From Chlorokybus atmophyticus (taxonomy: Eukaryota; Plantae; Mesostigma and Chlorokybus algae), in assembly GCA_009103225.1 (NCBI GenBank), contig RHPI01001292.1, forward strand, positions 163,243 through 227,242: a DNA stretch of 64,000 nucleotides, written 5' to 3'. The notes beneath the pieces were generated by a model. It ran no database searches. It was not told where the DNA came from and saw only the letters and a list, made by a program, of their open reading frames with translations. Position 1 is the first letter of the stretch. Each line of letters opens with the position of its first letter. This document shows positions 11,912-23,366 of this stretch, piece by piece. A program made the position numbers and the translations under genes.

Positions 11912-13368
11912 ATGGCTGGCATGGTGGCGGTTGTGCTAGGTGCCACCGGCAACATCGGCTCTGGCGCCGCCCGTGCATTCCTCCAGGACAAGGTTGGGGC
12001 CATGCGCTATGCATTGCACATGGCCCCAACCTCATACACACACACGCACAAGTAGTGGGACAGTTGTACAAAGCTTCTCCCGCACATGTCGGGCTCTATG
12101 TAGTAAAAGCGTGCATATGTGCAGTGTTAACTCCAGCACTGAGTCTTGTCACTTGCCTGCAGCATGCAAGTGCACGTGCGCATTGACGTCTCAAGTGCGT
12201 AGTCTGCATGCAATGTGGGTATGCATTCATGTGCATCTCACTCTTCTTAGGTGGCGGTGGTGGCCCCCTCAAGGTCAGCCACCTCCCTTGAGAAGTTGAA
12301 GGCCGTGTTGGGCCCGCAGCTCGCCACACCCGAGCTGTTCTTCCCCGTTATCGCCGATTGCAGCACCCCGGAAGGCATGGACAAGGTTGGTGTTGGACTC
12401 TTGACTACTCATACTTGTCACGACAAACACAAGTCATTGAGAGCCTGCGAAACACCCTTTTGCAGGTGAAGACTGAGACGCTGTCTAAGTTCGGCCGCAT
12501 CGACCATGTGACTTCGTCATTCGGGCCGTGGCATCAGACACCGCCCATGCACGAGGTACAACACAACATGCGGAGCATGCTTGCAAAGAACAGGCCTTGC
12601 AAGTGTGTTTGTGCGTGCATGCGCGAGAGCATACGAGTGTGCTTGCGCATGTGCATGCACTTGCACATGGGTGTGTCCGTGTATTGATGCGTGCAACCGT
12701 GCGTGTCTCACTTGTGACGCTGCGTCATAGGTGTCATGGGACAAGTGGCGGGAGTCCCATTTGGCAAACTACGACTCACATTTTCTGGCGTGGCGGAGCC
12801 TCGTGCCTGAAATGAAGGACCGTGAGGGCTCCACGTACACATTCGTCACGGGTGGTGCAGCCGAAAACCCACAGTCCGGCATCACAGGCAAGCGCTTTGT
12901 GTTTGACTGCGTATAACTCAGTCATGCTCTTGCTTGAGTGTTGAGTGTGACTTAGGCGCTTGTTGCCAGGTGTTTGCGCCCATGCACTGCTGGGATTTGC
13001 ACGAGCGACAATCGCAGAATCAGCCGACTTCAAGATGCGCGTCAACAACGTGTACATATTCATGCGCATAGAAGATGACGCCACATACGAGAAAATGAAC
13101 CCGAAATCTGCTTACGTACGTGCATACGAAGCTGCGCACAAGTTTTGTTGCAAAGCTTGCAAGTGCAAATTGCTTTGTGACGTACACATGCTCGCAATTA
13201 CATCGATGGGATATCAGTAATCTGTGTTCACTGCAGGTGATGTCGAGCAGCGAGTTTGGAAAGATTTTTGGCAAACTGGCCAACTCCAAGAACGCCAGTG
13301 TGCGAGGCAAGACGTTCAAGGTTGATTCCCCTGATACCGTCAGGAAGTTCACCAAGGAGCTGGCATAG
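11912..13368 (+). CDS. Atypical short-chain dehydrogenase/reductase, paralogue B
   Basis: VAVVLGATGNIGSGAARAFLQDK|VAVVAPSRS..|..GRIDHVTSSFGPW..|..HLANYDSHFLAWR..TYTFVTGGAAENP..|..ESADFKMRVNNVYIFMRIEDD..|..KNASVRGK. Includes a GC-AG intron at 12888-12969. Confidence 0.87.
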
Positions 13369-14327
13369 CTATGCAAACTCTGATGTGGTTTTTGTGATGC
13401 AAGGCAGTGGCTACTTGAGTGGCCACGCATGACCCGTGTAAGCACTGCTGTGCAGTAGGTACGACTAATGTAACATATACACACATCTTACCGAGTATAT
13501 GCATTGTGGACCATGTGATATGTATGGCAAGACTCTTGTGTAAGCCATGCAAGAGACAGACAGGGCTGTGCGCCAGCATGGTGGGTTGCACAGCATTCTC
13601 AATTATGTTTTGTCTGGAATTGTCTGATCACTGACTCGGGAATATATCAATCATGGGTACCATGCAGCCATCTTTGCCCAAGTTGCATCTGCTCTTGTGC
13701 ACATAAATCTCAACGGCCATAGCCACATGCAGTAAGTTGCGAAGTCACGCACTGCGACATGCACACGCAGTCCACAAGCTCACCATCGAGTGCAGTGGCA
13801 AGCCAGCACCGGGCTCAATTACAATTTAACCACAATGATTCTATCACCCACCCGTTCAGTCATGCAGGCATACTGTAGACATAATACCTGCAACACATAA
13901 GTGCGTACACAATGACCGTGCAAGCAGAACATGCCAGGTGGACTGCAGTGATTGCACGCAGTGTGTGCAAGCAAGGTACCTTGCAAACAATACTTGGTGA
14001 ACGTGGAGCTGGCAGCGACTTGAGTCGCAGGACAGACGCAATGCTGGCGGTGCAAGCTGGAGGCGGCCATGGGCCATGCAGTTGGGCAGCGTGATGGCGA
14101 GGAGGGCATGTTGCAGCGCTGCATTGAGTGAGCAATGATCGTGGAGTACGCGGGCGTGCATGTGACGGTATGGTAGCCTTACTGTTAGCGCTTGTACTGG
14201 TAATACAATACTGGTACATATTGAGGGAGTTTCTTCAACAATACTCCGGTATAGCACATTTTGTATTCTTACCCCCAACAACGCGGCGGATGCAAGAATG
14301 TTTGAGCAAATGAGCAAACACCCATGC

Positions 14328-14585
14328 CTACAACCTGCATACTGCGACTTGGCCATCACAGTCACCGACTGCAAGCAGCCCTGGCGTAGTAGAAGTTGTC
14401 GTTAATGTCACAGCTTGCAGACCTGCATGTGCCCATCACCGTTGTCAGATCAGAGCCAAGGTGCGGAAAGAGCGCATGATGACACACATTTATGATACAA
14501 GTTATAACATATATATATATTTATTGGAATTTATAGTATATATAGTATATATAAAATATATACATACTATATATGCTATAATATA

Positions 14586-14617
<32 letters not shown>

Positions 14618-17600
14618 NNNNNNNNNNNNNNNNNNNNNNNNNNNNNNNNNNNNNNNNNNNNNNNNNNNNNNNNNNNNNNNNNNNNNNNNNNNNNNNNNNN
14701 NNNNNNNNNNNNNNNNNNNNNNNNNNNNNNNNNNNNNNNNNNNNNNNNNNNNNNNNNNNNNNNNNNNNNNNNNNNNNNNNNNNNNNNNNNNNNNNNNNNN
14801 NNNNNNNNNNNNNNNNNNNNNNNNNNNNNNNNNNNNNNNNNNNNNNNNNNNNNNNNNNNNNNNNNNNNNNNNNNNNNNNNNNNCTATACATATATTACAG
14901 TATGTTATGCATACACATCTTATATATCTTTATTGGAATTTATAGTATACATATATGATATATACATATTATATATATACTATGTTAGAAAATATATATA
15001 TCAGTTATACATATCTTACAATACATATTATGCGTATACTATACTATACATACCCCAACCACAACCATACCTTGTGGGGCCTTTGATGTAGCTACATCGC
15101 CGGTAAGGATGTTCCACGAGACAATGCTGCCATCAGCACAACATGCAGTGCCGAACTCTTGGTGGCACGCAGCCGCGTGTACACTGCCACGTAAACACAT
15201 CATCGTTGAAAAGGCGCACCTTCCTGCCGGCGGATACAAGCACAGCCCCAGCACCAACCTGCTGTCAATGACAGGCTTGCTGATGGATATCTCACTGTCA
15301 TCATGTATGAAGGCAAGGTGACAGTGCGCTGCTGAAGCCATCGTGCTGTTCCGCTCAATGGCAGTGACTAGAAGTAGCAATGGTGGCTCTTCAGGGCACT
15401 GCAGTGATCGCTGAAGGTCTTTGATTAGCGTAGCTTGATTTACTACTTGTAATGCAAGAATTCGGTACTGCAACGCGTGGCAGGTGACTAGCAAGCTGCA
15501 CTGTTGGTAGTCCCTGAGACAGCATCAAGGTGTTAGACAATAGCCCTATGAGGGTATGCCAAGCACACGAGAGCTGGTACCAGATATAGCATGTACCATA
15601 TGGCTATGGAGCCCTGAGAGCTGCAACCCACCACTTGATGTGGCCTGCCAGTCACCTTGGCAAGGCTGACAATCGCAGTGAACGGTTGCTTGTGCAAAGC
15701 TGCAGCTGGAAGCAACTGATGACAGGTACTTTCCCTGCAGTTGAGCGACATTTACTCAGCACGACTGCTGCATGTAAAGCGTTTGTTGCACGAAATGCAG
15801 GTTTTACACTGCTCACGTCCAGAACCCGTCCATCGTCCACACTGCTATGGTCCCTGCATCGCCTCCAGCAACGAGGTGTTGCTCATCGGGCACCAGCAGG
15901 GAATGCACTGGAATGGAAGCTGATAGTGTGGCATCGACCGTCATGCCCGTGAGAGTCAATGACACCAAGAGTACGCCACGCTTGCCGCTATGGTGTGGTA
16001 GCCTGGAAGGCAATCAAGGATCAGTTTTTCCTTGTCAACAACATGAGCAAGTCTCTCTCGTGGTTGGGAGTTTGCACATGCACCATGACCTGGGATGTTT
16101 GGTCGACTTACTTAAAATGAGGCGCTAGCACCAGGCGATGACCATCAGGTGTAAAACAAGCCCCATTGGCTTCATGAGAGACCACCTGCTGGATATGGTG
16201 AGCCGCGTCAGTAGCCGCAGAGTGCATGGCAGCGGCTTGTCACATACCTTGGTCACATGTTCTGATGCCAAAGTGGGCTGATAGGCCATATCGCCAGCCC
16301 CAACAAGACAAGGCTCTAAGGTTTGCATGCTTTGAGGTAGCTTCCACAGAAAGCAAGTCCGTAACTCCAAACGTGGCAGCTGTGCACGGACGCAAACAAG
16401 GAGCCTATGCGCCCCCATGCTTGAAGCCAGAAGCAGCCACTGAACAGGGCTGGGGTGCTGCAAGACTATGCACTTGTCTTGCCGCTGAGCCACTTCTTTG
16501 CCCGGGGTTATATCTGTACTGTGCTCCTGCAGCATAGAACCTGAAAGATGGGTCTCCGAAGCATCACCCACCACATCATTCTGTTTCATGGTTGGCATGT
16601 CCACATCACTTGTCTTCTCTGGGCACTGCAAGCTTCTAAACAAGCCTGCTTCCTGCGTTTCTGCCACCACATCATTTGCTGTGCCTTGCTCTGTGCTTTT
16701 GGACGTGTGAAGCAAAGCACCTTGCGATGCAGCAGGACAGGTGTTTCGCTGTCCAAGCAAGCATGAGGGCGCCTGACCACTCGATGGCTGCTGAGTCTCA
16801 GGTACAGTCCCATAGGAAGGCTCTAAGTCTTGAGCAGAGGCCTCTAGTAGGCGTTCAGCGAACGGCTTAACATAGTCACTTTCTGGACAACCCCAAGGGC
16901 TGCAGGGTTGAAACGCAGCATGTGAGCGTGATCCTGCAGCTGCAATTGCAGGCTCTGCTTTCGTTGGAGAAGCTTGATAAACAACATAGGGCGATTCTGG
17001 GATAGCAAACTCTTGAGCTTCAGTCATAGCCGTCAGAGGCCGCCGATGATCAGTTCCCAGTGGTTTGTCGTGCAACAAATCTGCCTCTCCCAACTCGGCT
17101 TCACTGCTGTGAGGCCTGGTCCTACCAATGCTAGCAGGTGGTGATGATGCCGGCGTGGTTGCACTGCCACGCTGCAGTACTGGTTCCAATTGGGCCCCAG
17201 GCTCAGCTGGTTGCTTGCTGGGAAACTGTCTAAGCGGGGCAGCTGTCTGTAGTTCAACCCAGTCTGAGCCTACTGGCTGATGGTGCATGACACCCAACCG
17301 CTCCCGCAAGTCATGCTCCAGATAGAACTGGCTGTCGGGCCCATCGTCTTCTAAGTCTTGAAAGTCCTCGCTGCCATCGCTGCAGACACTTCGCGTGCCA
17401 GGACGCATGGTTACGTCTTGATTGCTATGCGCCGGATGGGGACTGTCCACACTGAGTGTTCCCTTGCCAGACATCCTGCTTTGGTTCCTATGCTTGTCTG
17501 CGTCTGCAAAAACTGAGCAGTTTGTGACTACGCGCTTGGATACAGTAGGACTTGACACCTGTGAGTCGGGGACAGTGTCATTTGATGCTCGCGGTGCACA

Positions 17601-19170
17601 AGGAACCAGCTGTCGGTGTGCAGGTTCCGAGCAGTCCATCGATTCCACTTCTGGGCTAGGGAGTTGTCCCTCAAAGCAGCCTCTCTCACAGACAACTTGC
17701 TCTTGTTGCACGCCAGATGCCTGAGCACATGTCGTCTCGCCACTGCCTGCAGGCCTGTAGGCATTGTCCCGCATGGGGCTGCTTGCGGATGGGTTGTCAG
17801 TCCTGTCCACTGCCCTGCCTTTATTACATGCCTGGTTATCATCACTAGTGCCTGGAGCTGAAGTTGATGTCGCAACGAGCATGAGTGACGACTGCTGCGC
17901 CGGGCGCAGCTTGTTGATGAGTGGGGCGAGCTGAGTCCATGCTTCCAACTTGCGCTCGGCAGTAGACTGCACACACCGCCAGGTAAGCCAGTTGCCATGC
18001 AGCAGCCAGCAAGCAAAGCCGGGGTCAAACACCAGTCGTTACCAGCTGAGCATTGTGTATGCAAACCGCGAAGTTGACTACTTTGTCACTCACACGCACA
18101 CTTGCTAATGCACCACTCCATTGCACCCTTATGCTAAGATTACCTGCACAACATCAAGAGTCCGTCCGCTTGTTGATGGCGCATCGTTAATGTCTGCACA
18201 CTTCGTGATGTACTCGAGGGTGTTATGGTTGTACAACCCAAACAGCTGTACACAGCAAGTCCAACATCACGCACATGGCGCACATACCTGATCTGTTTTG
18301 GGGCAAAAAGAAGCTGTGTGTTAAGTTGTGAGAGGTACCATCTTTACCTTGCGAGCTTGCTCCCCGTTGACTGTCTTGCCCTGTAGTGCTCGTGTCCAAG
18401 CGGAGGATACGCTGCTGCCCTCAAATGAAGCCCCCGCAGCATTCCTGACCTGTGCATGCAAGTATGTGTCACCAGAGATCTATAGCGTGACTCGTGCTGC
18501 ATGTATCTTAAGAGCAGCAATGTGCTCATTGCATACCACAAACTTTGGACCTGAAAGCCCCTCTTCTATGCTCGCAGTGAAGACCTGACCGCTGGTCCAA
18601 ACAAGTGCGCGATAGCCAATTGGCCAAGGATGAAAGACAATCTCCTTTTTCTGATATCAAGGCACGCACATGATGTTATGTCCAACACCACATGCATGTG
18701 CAGCGTGTATTATCCGCCATGCAAGTGCTGCTTTTACTTCAAAGCATGTGTGAAGACAAACAGCTGACATCAATGTGTTCGTAAACAGCAAGTAGTAGTA
18801 ACCACGTCCACAAAAGCATGCCAGTGAGCTAGCTCTGCGCATGGTCAACACAGCCACCAACACATGTCCAATCACTTGACCCAACTCCTTGGCTGCCATC
18901 ACTTGCGACAACAGCTGCAATTTCCAACTCCAACGACATCCGCTTTGCCCGCCAAGCATGCTATAGCAGCTGCACAATGCGTAGTGCAACGGAAGCAACA
19001 GCAACAGAACTTACTTGAGACGCTCTGAACTTTGTCCAGTACTTCCTGTTCAGCGGCCCGCTCTTCACATAGGCCTGACCCAAGCTGACGACCGTCACAA
19101 ACGAGTCCTCTTGCGGACCCATATTCAACTTAGCATCAACACTAGCAACAATGCACCCTTGAACCACCAT
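14328..19170 (-). CDS. Protein with N-terminal FYRN/FYRC-like domain, long disordered middle and C-terminal WD40-like (PALB2-like) beta-propeller
   Basis: N-terminal exons: VTVVSLG..; EIVFHPWPIGYRALVW..VFTASIEEGLSGPKFV; GASFEGSSVSSAW; LFGL..LEYI. A ~1.7 kb Ser/Pro/Ala/Gln-rich exon follows. C-terminal repeats: CFTPDGHRLVL, LVAGGDAGTIAVW, IVSLAKVTG..VVGCSSQGSIAIWD, ADGSIVSWNILTG, LLAVGDCDGQVAVCRL*. Start codon uncertain. Confidence 0.72.
14490..15050. repeat. (TA)n-rich satellite with scaffold gap (N 14618-14883) in the last intron of the FYR-WD40 gene
   Basis: Nearly pure A/T. The 20-mer ttattggaatttatagtata occurs at 14521 and again at 14930 on either side of the gap. Confidence 0.9.
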
Positions 19171-19734
19171 GAGCTAACACTAATGCAGCCTCCAGCATCC
19201 GTCCAGTTCATGCATCCAGCGAGCTGCCCAGGCTGCCGGCGGGGTGCGACTTCCAAGCGTCCCTTGAATAATCAGCGCACCGTGCTGGCCAAAGAGTCCA
19301 CTCCTCTGAGGGTAAGTAAGCACGCACCTAACAACATGCCAGCAATGCCGGCGGCAACACCGCCGCCCCGCCATTAAGGCACTGAACGCATCTTGTACGT
19401 GACTAAACTCAAGCAGACAAACAGCCGTTAAACAGCTTCTAAACGCTACGTTAAGCTTGGCGGGAAAGCTGTGCACGCGTAATCATGGTTACGTCACTGA
19501 GGCAAATGTTGCTGCAATTTACTGATTACGCCACTGTGTTCGGCGGTGTTGTTGGCGACGTCAGCGAGCACGGTGCCGACCAGGGCGTGCATCCGTCTGT
19601 CTACTAGTAATTCTTGCGGACAGTAGCAACGCTTGAGTGTGCTGCGTGACATACTGTTGCAGTGATTGGCTCGGCCTGAGAGCGTTTGCCAGCTTCAGCC
19701 TAGCGTGGCCTGGTGCTGCCGCCCAGCTCTGAGC

Positions 19735-21739
19735 ATGGAACAGGCGATGGCGGGGTCGTCGGTGCTGAGGGATGTAGGGTCTCAGGCGGAGCTGGATGGC
19801 CTGGTAGCCTCCGGCGCCCCTGTGGTGGTGCACTTCTGGGCGGGCTGGTGCGAGCCCTGCCAGCACATGGACATGGTTATGGCTCAGCTTCAGCTGCAGT
19901 ACCCGCACGCCAGATTCATCCGAGTAAGTAAGCTTCCCACAAATCTAGCAGATCGAGGCATGTGCGCGGTATGCTTGCTAGGTAGTTTGAGTTGTGCTTG
20001 TTCTCCTCAGTCCGGTGAGTCTTTTCGTTGAGGTCAAGACTAATGTGGCGTGATTGTTGGCGTTTGTCACCTATGTGCATGCTCAACATTTAGCCTACAC
20101 ATACTTTGGCTTGCAAGACATAATGTTCACTTAATGTGCATGCTCCCAAATTAGTCTACAGTCTAGCTTGCAAATGCTATTGTCAACTTTGTTACCTACA
20201 AGCTTTATAGGAAAAGTAGAACAAAGCTGTTTACAACAGTTATGTCAAATGCAAGCAACACAAGCCTGCATCAAGCCTGCATTGCATGGCAGTTCAAGGA
20301 CTAGTTCTGTACATTGACTCTCTGAGTGCGTCACATTTCTGCCTTGTGACCGCTTGTGTAATTCATGAGGTTGTGTAGTTGACTTTGCACGTGTCTGTGA
20401 TATCATGCTATACTGCTTCTAAAGGTGCACTTCTTGGCAGATTGAAGCAGAGGCTGTATCCGACATTGTGGATCAGTATGGCATTACCTCAGTGCCATAT
20501 TTCCTGTTTTTTCAGGTAAGTAGCGTGTACGCTTGTTTAACCTGGCATCATGCAACTGCTTACCGTTGGCAAAGCTTCTGCATGTGGCAAATCAATTGTG
20601 ACTGTCCGCGGCAGTATTGTCTTACTCTTGCATTGCCAGGGAGGGGCGTTGGTGGGACAAATGGAAGGAGCCAACCCGCCCATGTTGGCGCAGTTAGTGA
20701 GGGAGTATGCGCGCCCAACCCTGTTGAACAGGGCCAGCGGGTTGCTGGTTACTGCAGATGGCAACGTGCCTTCTGTAAGCACGCAACAAAACAACAGTGC
20801 AGCGCCTTCGGTGAGTGCACAAGCGAACGCACAGACAAATGGCAGCGCAGTACATGCAAATGGCGGCGCAGTGCAGCCAGAAACAGAGGACCCACAGCAG
20901 CGGATGCGAGCATTGGTCAGGAGTGCACCTGTTGTGTTGTTTATGAAGGTGAGGTGGCCTTCATGTCTGTGGTAAACCTTTGATCGGTATGCATATATTT
21001 TTTGCACACCCCCTTTATGATTGTGGTAACTAGGTATGTGGAGGTGGCAACATGACTGCATGTCCTTCGCTTTTGCAGGGTACTGTGGACGCTCCACGAT
21101 GCGGGTTCAGTCAAAAAGTGGTGAACGCGTTGAAGGAGTGCGGGGCTTCAATAACTTCTGTTGATGTGCTATCTGATCCCGAGGTGCGGTCGGGGATGAA
21201 GGACTTCTCCAATTGGCCCACATTCCCGCAGCTATATGTGGACGGGGAGTTTATTGGCGGCTGCGACATTGTGTTGGAGATGCACGCAAGCGGCGAGCTG
21301 AGAGGGGTGTTGCAAGAGAAACTTGGCAACAGCAAGCAGGTTTGTATCGTGAAAAACACACTGTACATAGACACAGACACGGACACAGAGGTTCATGTGC
21401 AATGCAGATGACTGATTGAACTGCCTTCTTGCGCAGGCTCTTGATGCCAAGTTGAGTAGACTCATCAACTTGCAACGGGTGGTTCTTTTCATGAAGGGAA
21501 GTCCCAGTCATCCAAAGTGCGGCTTCAGCCAAAAAGTGGTCAACACCCTGAACGAGTATGGCATTGATTTCGGGCATGTTGACATCCTGCAGGATGCGGA
21601 GGTTAGGCAAGGCATGAAGGAGCTGGCCAACTGGCCAACGTTTCCAATGCTCTTTGTTGACGGACAGTTTGTCGGAGGCTGCGATATCGTGCTCGAGATG
21701 CACACTACTGGCGCTTTGATAGACGTGCTTACAGGATGA
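19735..21739 (+). CDS. GRXS17: Multidomain monothiol glutaredoxin (GRXS17/GLRX3-PICOT type): one Trx-like domain plus two CGFS Grx domains
   Basis: VVVHFWAGWCEPCQHM..ARFIR|IEAE..YGITSVPYFLFF; VVLFMKGTVDAPRCGFSQKVV..WPTFPQLYVDGEFIGGCDI; VLFMKGSPSHPKCGFSQKVV..WPTFPMLFVDGQFVGGCDI. Confidence 0.95.
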
Positions 21740-22385
21740 CAGTACTGTAGGTTAGGTTTGGGCTAGGCTCTTCTTAGGTTAGTTTGTTGCTGGTGGGATT
21801 TGAGTTACTGTTGAAGGGATAACTGCCTGCGTTGAAGCACAGGAGGCCTGCACGCGGGGGGAAGGGCAACATTTGCATGGATTATGGCTGCACTGGTTGC
21901 AGGCGGGTGCATTGCTGCTATTGGCGTGAGGTGTATGTTATTGGTGGACCATGTGACCAATCTTGGTACTTGCAACTAGACATGTGCATGGTATGAGCAT
22001 AAAATACCAGGGTATGTGCCCTTTGTTGCTGTCTGAGGGGTTATAGTCTATGTCTTAGGTTTTGTCGGAGAAAACATGTTAGTGGGCTGGTTGCTTCAAC
22101 TCTACCTGGCCCACCTAAATTCATGCATCTTGCTGTATGCTTGTTTGCGTTTGGCCCGTGCACTTGAGTTGCTTAATTGCAACCCCTATGCTATCGTCCA
22201 GGTTGCTAACACGTCGTTGGGTCATATGTAAACGCTACATGCTGCATTAGCACATCGTTGCTGTGCGTATCCTGTACACAGCCATTTCATGTGAAGGCAC
22301 CAATGTATACCGTATTCTGTTGAATACAACCCCCCCTTACAAACAAAGCCCCCCCCCCCTAAATTCAATTGGGGGGGGGGGGGGG

Positions 22386-22635
22386 NNNNNNNNNNNNNNN
22401 NNNNNNNNNNNNNNNNNNNNNNNNNNNNNNNNNNNNNNNNNNNNNNNNNNNNNNNNNNNNNNNNNNNNNNNNNNNNNNNNNNNNNNNNNNNNNNNNNNNN
22501 NNNNNNNNNNNNNNNNNNNNNNNNNNNNNNNNNNNNNNNNNNNNNNNNNNNNNNNNNNNNNNNNNNNNNNNNNNNNNNNNNNNNNNNNNNNNNNNNNNNN
22601 NNNNNNNNNNNNNNNNNNNNNNNNNNNNNNNNNNN
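22386..22635. other. Scaffold gap flanked by G homopolymers
   Basis: Run of N bounded by poly-G on both sides. Confidence 0.97.
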
Positions 22636-22900
22636 GGGGGGGGGGGGGGGGATTCGAGGAATACGGTAGCGATTGGGCTAACTCTACCCTCTACCCTAAG
22701 GGTCCCTACACCTACCGGCCCCGTTTAAATCATGCATGCATGCACACAGTGACACCGCAGCTGCCACGCATGTAGTATAACGTCATCACCTGCATGTCTA
22801 AGTGTTGTGTCGTTGCCGTCGTGATTGTCAACCAGTCAACGCCGCCCTTGCTGCCGTCGATTGCACTTATTTAAGTAGCTATACACGCATTAGGCATATA

Positions 22901-23366
22901 CAGTCTACCCCCGTTACAAGAATCACGTTTATCCCTCAGCTTTTCATTCCACTAACGGGGTTATTCTCTTGGCGTTGATAAGAATACATATTCTTTTACC
23001 GTTTGAAGAATATATATTCTGTTAATGGGGGTATTGACTGATAACCTTAAGCCACGTCCTCATATCCTGACGTGGCAAAAACAATTTATATTTCCTTGTA
23101 TATATTATATAAAATCATACATGGCTTTTTTTGTTGAAGGTGATGTTTATTCCAATATCAGCGAGATAGTTATGCTGTTAACAAGGTATTCCCCCGTTAC
23201 AAGACTAACCCCACTTGGAATTTCAAGCCTTCTCTTTAGTCATAATACGTACAAGACTATTCCACTAATTAAAGATATTTGCCTGTAAAACGATCGGTCT
23301 TTTGCAAAACGATGATCTTAACGGGGTTATTCCCTTAAAGCGAAGTCTTTTAACGGGGGTAGACTG
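22901..23366. mobile_element. 466-bp non-autonomous DNA transposon (MITE), Tc1/mariner-pogo type
   Basis: Left end TA|CAGTCTACCCCCGTTACAAGA. Reverse complement of the right end is CAGTCTACCCCCGTTAAAAGA (21 bp, 1 mismatch), followed by TA. AT-rich non-coding interior with internal TIR-like copies at 22953, 23022, 23191 and 23319. Confidence 0.9.

Noticed and set aside
22330-22655. Poly-C / poly-G runs suggesting a hairpin or G4 element
   Set aside because: They abut a scaffold gap and are most likely low-quality contig ends at a homopolymer.
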